DNA of 64,000 bases from Hypanus sabinus (GCF_030144855.1 NC_082722.1:20336001-20400000); one strand, 5' to 3'; positions 24,701 through 36,543 are shown, numbered from the stretch's first letter. A program made the numbers and translations. The notes: generated by a model from the sequence alone, not told the origin.

Positions 24701-27700
24701 AATTAAAATGACCGATCCTCCCACTGCACATGCGAGAATGAATCTGGTATCAGTGCCTTGATAAAAAAAAAGACAGTGAAGCACTTACACATCTGAAAAC
24801 AAATCCACACATGGGAATCAACAATGCAAATTATTACATAGGGTCCTTTCAAATCTCATTACAAATTGATAGGAAAATGGCAGAATATACAGTATAAAAC
24901 AAAAAAAAAATCTGCTTTAGTTCTTCAAGACACATAGGAGCTATTTAATAAGACTAAAGAGAGGCTTGCCTGTTTTTCCCCCTATAACCTCTCTTGACCA
25001 TAGATATCAGCACAACTATTGAAAGTGTTATCATTCTAACCTAATACACGTCTGATCTCGATTCCTTGTTTCCCTTTGCACTTACTAAATTGAATAAAGA
25101 AACGACTAGTCCAATAACCAAACATGCAATACGAATATGGTTTCAATTTCGTAAATGATTTGGATCGAATAAATTCATCCTATCAAGTTCTATTATATTG
25201 AATTTTTCTACCAACTATCCAGAACTGATCTAGTTTTTCTTTTGTGGCATACGAAGTGAATAACATGTTTTCGTGATTTATTCATGGATAACTGTCTCAC
25301 GTCTTCTGAAAAGTTGTCTAATAAATGTAGTTTGCATAGATCACACTTTTTAGATGTATTTTACCTACTTTTCCTATACCACATCAAACTGAAATTACAA
25401 GAAATATAGGTTTAAGCCCCTATCAGAAGCGTTTAATAGCAATTATTTATTATCTGATTACGAAAATAAGTCTAGGTACATCTGATGAAATTAAAAATAA
25501 ATGGGAATGAGTTCTTCATGTATCTTTACCTACAAAGAAAAGGTAGAAAATTCTCCAACTTGTTAACACTTCTTCAATTTGTGCTAGGCACGCCTTGGTA
25601 CAATTTAAGGTGGTTCATACGGCCCATATGTCTAAGAATAAATTATCTCGTTTTTATTGTCATATAAATCCTGTCTGTGACAGATGTAAGTCAAGTGGCT
25701 TCCTTGACTCCTATGTTCTGGTCCGGTTTTCTTATAAAAAATATTGGAAAAACATTTTTAATACCATTTCAGTAGTTTTGCGCAATTGATTTACAACCTC
25801 ATACTATTACCACAATTTTTGGATTACCAGTGATGGACTTCAGTTATTTATTCCCTTCCCCTTTCCATTCGATTGCATTTGTTATATTAATAGACAGAAG
25901 ATCAATTTTGTTTAAATGGCAAAATTCTAATCTCCCTAATTTCCCAAACTATAATATGTTTAAACCTAGAAAAAATGAGCAGTGGTACTATTGATCCTTC
26001 GGTTAAATTTGAAGACACTTGGAGGATATTTATACAACACTTTCATGTAAGGTAAGCTGACCTTTTACCAATTCTTCTCAATAAAATTCTACTCGTATAT
26101 AGAGGAGCAGAGTTAATGATAAATAATGATTTTAGACGGTCAAACACGGCAGCCCAGCTTTTGTTTTGTTTTGTTTTGAGTTATCTTTTGTTATTCTTTT
26201 TAGTTTAGGGGGACATTTGTCTTTTTGTGTATAAAAGTTTTTGAATCTTTTTCATGTTCAGTTATTAAGAGATTACGAGGCTTAGATTACACGTTAATCG
26301 GAGTCTGTGTTTGTATACGTTGGCCGTTAGTAATGTAATCCCGATCCCTTTGTATAATTATCATTGTTATGTTTATTAATTTGAAACTTAATAGAAGCGA
26401 TTGAGAAAGAAGGAATGTTCACTGTAATCAAGTAATCAGAAAATTTCGCCCTTCTTCCGTGTTTGGGAAGCTGTTCTGTGACTGTTCTTACCCACGTTTG
26501 ATCGACACACATATATCATTTGGAAACGTTTCCATCTTGGCCGGAGCGCTAGAGATTCTGAACACGTTCAAATTTCAGAGTAACACACAAAATGCTGAAG
26601 GTACGCAGTAGATAAGGAGAGGAATAAAATACCGACATTTCGGTCCGATACCTTACACCAGGACGCAATCAAGACACCATCTTACCTTGCTCCAAGATGT
26701 AGCTGAAACTGAGAGGCACCGTGAGGGAGACATGCTTTATCATATTTTTAGCAAATGTCCAGATGTTTGCTACCTTACAACTATTGCACGATTTCAATTT
26801 CTTCATTCGTGCTACACGACTTACAGCGACGGGAACAACATATCAGCTCTTCAACAATTTTCACGTTTACTATTCACTGACAATAACTGATCTTTCAAAT
26901 TAGTCATTCTTCTCTGGTGGCTGTTCAGTTACTGCAATTACATGGTCACATTGACCGCACCCTTATCGCTTGTAAGCGCTTCCATCTTATATTGAGAGCA
27001 AAGGATTCTGAACATGCTGATATCCAGAGTTACTCAGAAAATCCTGGCAGAACTCCGCCAATCGGGCACATCTAAAGTATCAAAGTTTAAGGCCGAGACC
27101 CAACATCATCACTTCATTAAGACACCAGCTTACCTTGCTCCAGAATATAGCTGAAACAGGCAGGCACCGTGAGGGAGACATGCGACACCAGACAGATGTA
27201 AACATCTTTTCCCCAAACAGACCGATTAATTTCCAATAAACTGTAAGCCTCGTATAAACCCTCCGCGGTCCGGTTTATCACTGTTTCTATTCGACTGCGA
27301 ATATGTCTGTTATTTTCTTGCCAGAAGATTTCTAATTCCATCGGGTAGAAGGCAGCTGTTTTACATAGGAGCTGCCGAGTAGCTGAAAACTCTCCAATAG
27401 GAACGATTTCCAATGGAGTTGGGGGAACTTAAACAAAAAGATAGTTACATTAGAGGTTTACCATCTGTTTAGTTAAGGTAAATTCCTTTATCTTCCCGCC
27501 AATTATAAAGACATTTCTCTATCAGCATAGTTACCTGCCATAGGTTACCAACATTTTATAAATTATTTTAAGTTAAAGTTCAAGTTTATAAGTATTAAAC
27601 CACACAGATGGACATGGTTAAATGAAATATCGTTCTTCAGGGGTCAGCTGCAAAATATAGTCCAAGTATTTCCACACAGCACGTGCAGTCACCATCCAGC

Positions 27701-30605
27701 ATAAAAAAAGTGCAAAATAAACAAAGTAAAATCGAGTCACCGTGCAGGGACAGGTGAAAGGAACAATTCGAAGGAAGCACCGAGTAGGCGAATCTAAGGT
27801 GTGAAAAGTGAGGAAGACGTTCAGTTTTGAATGGTCTTTCAGCATTATCACACGATCGTGTTTGCGGCCGCCCGTTGGTTTCGGAAAATGTTGATTTCTG
27901 TCTTATTTTCGTTTCTAATCAACAGTGAACTACAAACCCAAAATATGTCAGGTTTACACACTCCGAACGCAATAAACTCTTGCGTATGTTTTTTTTAATA
28001 TTCTGGATACTCGTTTGTTCAGATAGTTTTTCAGAGCTTGCGTTGGAGCTTTCCAGTCATCAACATTCAGTGATAGAGCATTACTCGGAATGTAAATCAC
28101 TGATGGAAAATTTCTCCCGTATTTTATGTGTTGAATATGACAAATCGTACCCTCCATGAAACATCTAATATCGCAAATGCGAAACGGATACTAAGCGCAT
28201 TTATTCTTTCATAAACCTGTCGGCCTGCAGCAGAATGTTTCGATAGTGACCTGGCACTGGCATCCGAACGATGCTGCCCAACAGAGAGGCAACCCAGGAG
28301 TTGAACGAACTCCACTTCTCTCTACAGAGATTTCACTCAATTTTGAGACCAAAATTCACGATTTTGTAAACGGGAACTGCTTCCGCTACAACTATGGTCC
28401 GTATCTAACTTAGAAAAGTCTATTGTCAAATTCCTTTACCGATGTGCCACAATATTTAACATTTCGCTCTGCCTACAATGGCCATCCTGAGCTCACGTTT
28501 GCCCGCACAGCACTGCCACAGACCATAAACGGATTACTGTTATTTGTGTACTTGTTGCTGTAAATTACTTTGTATAAGTCCTCAGGGTCCGAGATGGAGT
28601 CCTATCCGACCTTTTAGGGAGACTTGTGAGGAATTTAAAGGTGTCTTGATAAAGGTATTCAAAATGTCCTGACCCTCGGGTGAGGCGCTGGATGTCTAGA
28701 TATGACTAATGTTTTATAGTTATTCAAGAAAGGCTCCAAGAATACGCCGGGATCTTTCAGGATGGTGACCCTTGACGGTTGTGAAAGGCAACTTATTGGA
28801 AATTTTCCAAATGACAGGTTACATAACAATTTAGATAGGAATTGGAATAGCCATCAAGATTTTGTGCATGGTAAGTAGTGTTGAGCTTAACTTTCAGAGC
28901 TTTTCGCGGAATTTACCCGAGATTAAGGTGAAGGAAATTCAGTGGATGTTGTGTAAATGGCAAACCCTTTGATCAAGTCCTGAATGGGAGTCCGATCAAG
29001 AAGGTTCAGTCGGTATTCAGGATAAAGTACTAAAATGCATTGAACAATGGCTTGGCAGTAATGCCAGGGAGTGGTAGTAGATGTTTTTCTCTGACTGCAG
29101 GCCTGTAACGAGAGGTGTACCGTGGGGTCGGTACTGGTTACGTTGTTTAATGTACATCTGTATTAAAGATTTGTATGAAAATGAATTAAACGGTTTCAAG
29201 AAATTTGCAGATCTGGGCAGTGTAGAACGCTTGCAGCGGGATATGGCACAGCTGTAAAAACGGTGTGTGAAATGACAGCTGGAATTTATTGGCTTTCAGT
29301 TTCCATTTTTGCTCAACGTTCTACCCTTTACTTTCTAACCCTATCAAAATTCACCTGGATATTGAGAATTCTATTTCTCTCCATCTTTTAAATGAGGAAA
29401 GAGCTATCGATTTTGAGAAATTTTGCAAAACACGTTTGAAGTGATAATTTGCAGAGCGTGCAATAAATAGATAGATTATATTGCTATTAGTTGTTTTTGA
29501 TCTCAGTAGTATTCCCCTGAGTTTGTAACCTTGATATACCGTATAAGGGAGATGATAAAATTGTTCGTAATTTGCATCTCGTGTGATGGGAAATCAAGCT
29601 ATACAATCACAGCCACTCACATTAGTAACAATATTTCAACATCTTGAGTACAGAGCAAACAATACCTCAGTTCAAAATTAATTATTTGGTTTTGAAACAC
29701 CTTCCCAATAATAATGCTAAAATCAAAGGGTATCACAAACATTGGACATTAGTTTTAAATGGGAGATAGTCGATCGATAGGTCTGCCCTAACAGCAGTTG
29801 TGAGCAGTACAGAACAACAAACAGAATCAGCGTTATTTCTCGCCCTATTGAAGCTGGCTGAAATGTGATTTTTTTTCTGTTCCTTTCAAACCTAGAATTG
29901 CAGCTTGTAGAATGGGTTGTTCGCTTTTTTTTTGAACGCGTGAAAAATATCAACTCTCGCCGTTTGTTTTATCAAGTAGCAACATTTCATAATACTCTCA
30001 TTAGCAAGTTTAATGTAAGTGGCGTCGAGGCAAAAATCTCCTCGCAGCCGCACTCACCGAACACAGTGAGCTTGGAGCCACTTCCATTCCTGAAAGACTG
30101 TTCCTGGTCCTTTGCTCCACAGTAGTACATTCCGGAGTCGGCGAATTTCACATCCAGAAGAGCAAGTGTTCCCCTTCCCCTTTCTACAGCAAATTGCTTT
30201 CTGCTGTCCCTTTCTAGAAATACATTCTCTCCTTCCCTCCACCAAAGAACGTCAACAGTATCTTGTATTAGAGGAAATCTGCAGAGCATGGTAACATTCG
30301 CACCACCCAGAACATCCAAGGTCTCAGGGAGTTGATATATTCTGAACGCAGGTACTTCGACTGCTGCCACAAAAGAAACAAGAGCATTAAAAACAGCTAC
30401 ACACAGGGAATAACAAAGAATCGAAAGACGCACTGTAAATTAGTGGACAACTAAAAGCCAAAAACGGCCAAATTATGCAGCGGGCATCCAGGGTTAGATT
30501 TTCTAAAATAAAATACTCAGTTGAGTAACAGAACATATAACTTTGCATACACAGACAAGTAATAGCCAGAAGCGCTATGTACGAAACCGTAAATTTGTCC
30601 GACAT
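19350..30605 (-). CDS. Spliced IgSF receptor gene 'A': leader - VJ-type domain - C1 domain - TM - ITIM-bearing tail (non-rearranging antigen-receptor-like; ~309-317 aa)
   Basis: Exons 30605-30551, 30363-30058, 27427-27134, 24756-24658, 23994-23947 (or -23951), [19843-19824], 19481-19350. All have GT-AG boundaries and compatible phases (1,1,1,1,1,0, or 1,1,1,1,0), with no internal stops. AATAAA lies at 19166-19161. Confidence 0.85.
19824..19843 (-). CDS. Candidate 20-bp cytoplasmic micro-exon of gene A (GAAEQTH)
   Basis: tgtttgcag|GTGCGGCTGAGCAAACACAT|gtgaga. Its phase 1-to-0 bridges the 23947 donor to the terminal exon. Confidence 0.4.
20060..20600 (-). mobile_element. Penelope-like pLTR fragment
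   Basis: Typical tail sequence with a degenerate hammerhead-like core near 20240-20260. Confidence 0.5.
20650..22270 (+). mobile_element. L1/Tx1-clade LINE ORF1 fragment
   Basis: VDLETRSRRRNIRIV and LFEDYP...RSTFALV. Confidence 0.8.
23947..23994 (-). CDS. Gene A cytoplasmic exon GGNTNSLDGCQNEDP(V)
   Basis: Acceptor ctcttttttgaag|. Two alternative donors: CCG|gtaggt (23951, phase 0) or GTAG|gtaaag (23947, phase 1). Confidence 0.65.
   Translation of the reverse strand, partial: GVTQILWMDVRMKTR
24658..24756 (-). CDS. Gene A exon 4: transmembrane segment GTDTRFILACAVGGSVILILIIVLLILKLKRSH
   Basis: 99-bp phase 1-1 exon (tttatcaag| ... G|gtaaga). Uncharged hydrophobic stretch followed by the stop-transfer signal KLKR. 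Confidence 0.9.
24870..26250 (+). mobile_element. L1-clade ORF2 3' fragment
   Basis: IRIWFQFR and QFKVVH...CDRCK (Cys-rich C-terminus), followed by a T-rich 3' region. Confidence 0.7.
26553..26735 (-). pseudogene. Tandem duplicate of the C1 exon 3' end, its donor and adjacent intron
   Basis: HVSLTVPLSFSYILEQG|gtaaga versus HVSLTVPACFSYILEQG|gtaagc. Offset ~448 bp from 27002-27183. Confidence 0.85.
27134..27427 (-). CDS. Gene A exon 3: C1-set Ig domain
   Basis: LLCKTAAFYPMELEIFWQ...GLYEAYSLL...YICLVSHVSL (FYP, W and CxVxH C1 motifs). Boundaries tttgtttaag| and G|gtaagc; 294 bp, phase 1-1. Confidence 0.95.
28600..29260 (+). mobile_element. CR1 RT fragment
   Basis: Degenerate RT segments resembling the other CR1 copies. 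Confidence 0.6.
30058..30363 (-). CDS. Gene A exon 2: VJ-type Ig domain
   Basis: NVTMLC (B-strand Cys), VLWWR (C-strand Trp), DSGMYYC and a J-like G strand NGSGSKLTVF. Polypyrimidine tract with gcag|cag acceptor; G|gtgagt donor. Confidence 0.95.
30551..30605 (-). CDS. Gene A exon 1: signal peptide MSDKFTVSYIALLAITCL
   Basis: ATG, hydrophobic core and phase-1 donor (T|gtatgc). A 187-bp intron leads to the V exon; the spliced product gives a plausible VPA|FRIYQ cleavage site. Confidence 0.7.
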
Positions 30606-30727
30606 ATTTCAGAAACCGAAACCGAGCAATATCGCAATGAAAGTGGTTCTGAAGAGTTTGTGGGAGAAATAAAAGTTCAAGAGTAAATGTATGAACCCTG
30701 TGATCATGACGTAGAATGACGACTCAC

Positions 30728-31053
30728 CCAGGCAGGCTAATGTGTTTCAAATATAGTTCCGCTGGGCATACAGGACAATGAGTCCTCTTCCTCCTTCGAT
30801 TTTTATATGACTATCTGGTGATTTCAAAATTATGTTCGGAATTTGAGCACTATGCTGAGTTCTGGAATTATCTAGATCTTTATTTAGAACTAAATTCAAA
30901 TCTGTGCTCTTCCAAGTGATCTCAAATATGGAAATCTGCATTGGAGTCATAAATATCTAATACAATCAGAGGTTTTAAAATGGATGTGTAAGAAGTAGCC
31001 ATGTAAAATATAGCGACAAATGTGACTAGCATCAACATCTTGCAGACATTCAT
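30728..31053 (-). pseudogene. Decayed leader+V exon paralogous to gene A
   Basis: MNVCKMLMLVTFVAIFYMATS...VLDIYDSN, then CRFP, KIEGGRG and SG-T-YI* (a DSGTYIC remnant), ending G|gtgagt. Contains frameshifts and deletions. Confidence 0.6.
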
Positions 31054-33039
31054 GAATTTCCTCTTCTTCTTCTTTGAAAAAAACACTTTAAATGTTACTA
31101 TTGTATGCACGATTGGAGCCTGTAATAAACAAATTGATAATGTGTCTTTGAGACTATTGAGGGATCTGGCGCTTTTGGTCTCTCCGAAGCGATTCGGCGT
31201 GGATGAGAAAGAGGTTGAGAAACGAATATGCGGTTTACTGGTGGTGCGTGAATCCAATCTGCTCCGTTATTCACCCATCTCGCAAAAAAGTCGTCGAGCA
31301 AGATTAAAAATAAAAAAGGACGATAGCGCAAAGCGTTCGGGCATTCAGAGCATCTGCCTGCTTTGAACACTTCTCTCTCTCCTCCTCGGTTACCCGAAGA
31401 AGATCATAGAGTCTTGGATCGCGGGCAAGTTTTGATCGGCACGATTTGCGGATTTGATTCATTTTTAGAGGGCTGTTAGTTCATGTTTTGTGTGTTTAAG
31501 ATTACTCCATTTTTGTTGCTATTTTGCACGATTTTGATGGAACACTTCAACGCGAATTGTTTCTGCGGTCTGCAGCGAAATTTTACACCAAACTGATCGA
31601 CACTGAATATTCCGAGTTTGTTTAAGGGCTCTGGTTTGATGTTTACTATTATGGGTGCTTTTCGTTCGTTTTTGCCGGCTGCACGATCTGTTCTTTTATT
31701 CTCGTCGGATGTTTGATATTTCTTAAACTGTTCCCATAAATTTATTTGTTTCTTGGTTGCCTGCGGGAAAACAAATCTCAAGGTTGTATACTGCTTGCAT
31801 ACTTTGATAGTAAATGTCAGTTCACATTGATTCGAACAAAAATAATAACAACCTTCCTTTAGTCCAATTTAGCTTCGCTGTGTTGTTCCCCTTCAATAAT
31901 ATACCATCCGTCAATTATTAACCCGCTGTTTTCTCTACACAAACCCAAACCCCAAACCCACTGACGACCTCTGCATTCTCTCGATTATATTTTAGTCCAT
32001 CTCCCCCTTTCAGTCGAACGCTAGCTTCTCCTGCACGGACATTCTGGGCGTACAAAGTGAATTTTGATAGCAATGATTCCTATAGATCTTATCATCACCA
32101 TTGCAGTAACGTTTCCTGAAAACGGGGAGAGCAAGTGTCCTCTTACGGCAAGAAAGGCTTTAAGCCGTGACGGGACAGGTGGGTGTTGCATAAATTAACG
32201 TTTTATGACTCCTGATAATTTCCTTTATGGTTTGTTTATAGAAATCTGACTGATGAACTACTGCTTAATACCCGGAAAACAAAACCGAAAACAAATTGAT
32301 GAACGAGACTGGTTTGAATAGTAAACACATTCCCTCGGACGCCATCATTCATATATCCCCGGTATAGTGTGTTATTTTGGATTCTGAGCAGTCATCGAAC
32401 TGCACAAGGAAAACTACATATGTTCGAGCAGTAGGTCTATTACTTCAGCAAATTTAACCTAATTTAAATCCTTGATCATTTATAGGAGTTATACATTTTA
32501 CGAAACCAAAGCATAATAATATGAAAACTTCATAAAATTATTCTAGCGATGGATTTGCTCTTTTACTTTGTACAAAGTCGGTCCCATAGTACTGAACTTC
32601 CTCGCTCGTTGCTCTGGCCAGTTCGCACGTAGAACTCGGCGTGAAGTAATAACAAGTGTTGTCTCTCGTAGAAAAAATGATACCGATATAGGATGCTGAA
32701 CACAATGAAGAGAGAAATTAGAGTAGATACTGTACGTTATACAGTTTAGTGATGATGGTAACACAGAGAATCAGGAGGTATTCCGACAAAACTTAAAAAA
32801 GGAGCACCGAGGACAGCTCAAATGATTGACTACAATTCCAAGGCACCATTTTAAATTCAATCAGCAGGAGCGGACCTGGTGGTATTGCTGCTATTTCAAG
32901 CAACTCTTAAATTTGCTGAAAATAACAGGGAGATTGAAGGAGAATCAATCCGAGCTACTGCTTTTCCCGGTATAGACAAAATAGGCATTCGAATGATGAC
33001 CATGCACCCATTTGACTGATGGGGCAGCGCATACAATCT

Positions 33040-33650
33040 GACCCGCTTCTACTATGAGAATACAGAATATTCCTGAAAGCGTCGTGTTGGTAGTGAAACT
33101 GTGCTGGGCTTCTAGCGAAAAGAGTAAAAACTCTAATTACAAATCCAATCGCCACAACATTTTGAACTTTTATGCATCCAGAATCGCCACGAATCGGCGG
33201 GGACGTTCGGCTATTTTCATTGACACGTTATCGCCATCACTGAATTGCATCCCCTGCCTTCTCAGAAATGAAATCGTGTAGTTGCGTCGAGCGTGAAGTT
33301 GTTGACAGTTTACTCATATTTTGTCCATTGGATACACCTGGATGTAGATAAAGTCGGGTTGTTATGGAGTTTGTCCAGGAAAGGATGAATCAATGCCGAG
33401 CTTCCATGTGTTTCTTACGAACAGAGTCAGTATTCTGATTACCGTGAAAATCGCCACGCCACTTTAGTCAGTTATGCATCGGGAATTTCCACGAATCGTT
33501 TGGGATGTCATGCTACTTTCATAGACACATTTTCGCCATCATTGAATTTCATCTCATGTCCTTTCATAATGGAAATCAATTGCAGAAACACGTATTTTGT
33601 CCATTCCTCGAGCGGGATGTAATTGACGTGGTGAATTTGAGAAGGCTGGC
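33040..33650. repeat. Degenerate ~304-bp tandem duplication
   Basis: 33170-33250 aligns to 33474-33555, and attttgtccatt...ggatgta occurs at both ~33318 and ~33594. Confidence 0.85.
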
Positions 33651-34479
33651 TAGAAGAGGACACCGACATTGTTAATACCCTACTCCGGATCTGGATGGAT
33701 GGTAAGAGAAAAAAGAAGCTAATGAGAGACAGTTTACTTTTACCTTCCAGGTGATTTGACATGTCTAATGCAGATATGCGACTCCAGCAGAAAACTACAC
33801 TTCCAGCAGAAATGATTTTTTTTTGTCGAAACGGGTGGGGGTGGAGATGCGGGGCTGGTCTTGATCTTCAGAGATCACTTTTCTAGACAAATAAATACCA
33901 CAGGTGTCAGTACTGTGATTAATTCCCCATGAGCCGATGTCTGTGCCCCATTAGTCGATTCTTCATGGAGTGTAGGAAAGAAACAGAAACTTGGACGATC
34001 ACAAAGCAGCTAAAAGTAAGCTGGCCGAAAACGTACCTCGTTTGAGCACATCTGAGATTGTCGTGGTTGCTCTTAGGCGATAATTAAGTAAGACTATACA
34101 TGCATCATTAATTGTAAATATTTTGGACAAACTTCAAGTATCTCTATAGTTTCATCAGCATTGATTTGTTCAGTGTTAACTGGCGTGGAAAAGCACGAGA
34201 CAGTATAAGAAAATTGGTGTTTTTTAAGTAATTAATGCATCCGTTTATCAATTCATATCCTTGAATAATTCTGATAATGTCAGAAAAATTCAAGATGTTT
34301 CCAACTGTTAAGCACAGCTGTCGTTATGTCTACGGGTTGAAGGTAAATCTAGATTGGTAATTTGTGAGACACTTTTGCCTGCTCCACGATATAATCTATT
34401 GAGTTGTCGCTCCTTTAAGTGCTTCCACCTTTATTGAAAAAAAATATTCCCAAACATTTTCAACATTTTCTTTTAATAT

Positions 34480-34900
34480 AGTGGAACAGAACAGGACAGG
34501 CCATCCGACACACAATGCTACGCCAAACCAGGTAAAAAGAATTCGAAAACAGCCAAACCATAATCACTCTCACCTAACCCACGTTAATCCTTGCATCCAT
34601 GTGCCTATACAAATTTCTATTTCAAACCTCTATTGCGCTTGCCGCTACCGCCATACCAGGCAGGTGACACCAGGTATCCACAACTCCCGAAGTAAAAGAT
34701 ATGCACCTCACAGCCTCCTTGAATCTAATCCCTGTCACCGTCAATATATATCCTCTGGTATTAGACATTTCAACTCTGGGTAACGGATGCTGTCTGTACA
34801 CCCTATCTATGCCTCTCATAATCGGGTAGAACTCTGTTAGATCTGCCCTCAGCTTCCGACGCGCCAGAGAAAACAACACAAGTTTATCCAGACTCTCGTG
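34480..34900 (-). mobile_element. CR1 3' fragment
   Basis: FSLARRKLRADLTEFYPIMRGIDRV. Confidence 0.75.
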
Positions 34901-35929
34901 ATAGCACAAATATTTCAACTGAATTTTCATTATTATTGCTAAAGTAATATGCAGATACGTTGGAGTTTCTCCGACTGCAAATAAAAGCTATTGTTTGATA
35001 CTACGGGGCAGAATTGACGGGAATATCCCAGCACGCTAGGCTCCATCGGCTGAGAGAGAACTCGCTTTAACACTTCAAGTTGATAGTTTTTCATTGGCCC
35101 TGAACAGCAATGTTTTGTATTTTCCTCTCTTCCAAGAAGATTTCTGACATCCTAGGAGTCTCAATCGTTTCATCGTAACTTCAGCTTGCAAACTTGGGCA
35201 GCGCTATATCCGTTAATAACATGCCTTCTTTCCATCAACGACCTAACTAGATATGAGCTGAACACATGGAGGCATGACCTTCCTTCCCCTTCATTCGTCA
35301 TTAAATGCATCGCGGAAATTTTTTGGTTAAAAGACAACTCTCGACATTATCTCATCATGCAACTTTTCTGCCTGTTCCTTATCCCATTAACACGGCTTTT
35401 AATATAAGATGAACACGAACAGTGCAGGATTAGGACCTGCGGCAAAGCTGTCTGTCAATATAAATGTGTACTAGCTGCGTATAATCTGTACCTTACAAGT
35501 CATTGCACTTTCGTGTGCCCATTCAAAATCCTCTTTAGTTCAGTATCTTCTATTGATTTCACCTTCTTTGAGCATCACATCCTGCGAGTAAGGTACGTTT
35601 AATTCCCGTCGCTCCTGTATTTGCTGCGAATTTAAGTCTCTGGATCAATTTGTCACGTCTTTTTTACGAGTCCGTATGAAAGAAAAATCATTCCGGCTAA
35701 GTGAAGGGGCAGGACTTTCAACAATTTCTCAAATATATTTTTGCAACTCGTCTTAGTCTGGAGCACGTCAAAGTCATCAAATAACAATTTAATACTCAGT
35801 GATACGAAACATATTTTTTCGTGTATTCGACGAATTATGATATAATTTACACAACCATCACTTTGGAAGTTTTATTCTAATACACTTAAAAGTTACAGCA
35901 AAATCACAGGGCTATATTATCTAGATGCG

Positions 35930-36385
35930 CGGAAATGAGCATCCATTTTGACATCTCTAATACCAGCTGGGTAGCCTCCAACTTGATGACATGAACATTG
36001 ACATCTCTAACTTCCGTTAATGCCCCTTGTCCCCTTCTTACCTCATCCCTGACATATTTTGTTGTTAGCCTGTTCTCCATCTCCCTCTGGTGCTCCCTCC
36101 CACCCCTTTCTTTCTCCTGAGGCCTCCCGTCACATTATCCTTTCCCTTCTCAAGCTCTGTAGCACTTTCGCCAATCACCTTTCCAGCTCTTAGATTAATC
36201 CCACCCCCTCCGGTCTTGTCCTATCATTTCACATTTCCCCTCCTTCTGCTACTTTCAAATCTCTTACTATCTTTCCTTTCGCTTAGTCCTGACGAAGGAT
36301 CTCAGCCCGAAACATCGACAGCGTTTCTCCCTATCGATGTTGCCTGGCCTGCTGTGTTCCACCAGCATTTTGTGTGTGTTGTTGT
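35930..36385 (+). mobile_element. Penelope-like 3' end with hammerhead motif (36285-36320)
   Basis: C-terminal MNIDISNF* followed by AGTC-CTGACGA-A-GGA-TCTCAG-CCC-GAAAC-ATC-GAC. Confidence 0.75.
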
Positions 36386-36543
36386 ATCAATTTTGAAAAG
36401 TAGTTGCTCACTTAAGTAATCAGAAAGCAAAAAATGTTCCCCCATCCGCCACCCGAGATCGTGTTTTCATTGTCTTTTAAAAAGTAAAGTAAGTTGTTCA
36501 TTGTTCAATTTTCTCAGAAAATGACTCACAAATAAAAATCAGC

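Noticed and set aside
30062-30068. CACAGTG RSS-like heptamer at the end of the V exon
   Set aside because: It is simply the LTV codons on the other strand, and no nonamer occurs at 12- or 23-bp spacing.
31476-31781. 101-aa ORF after a good acceptor
   Set aside because: No domain similarity and no identifiable partner exons.
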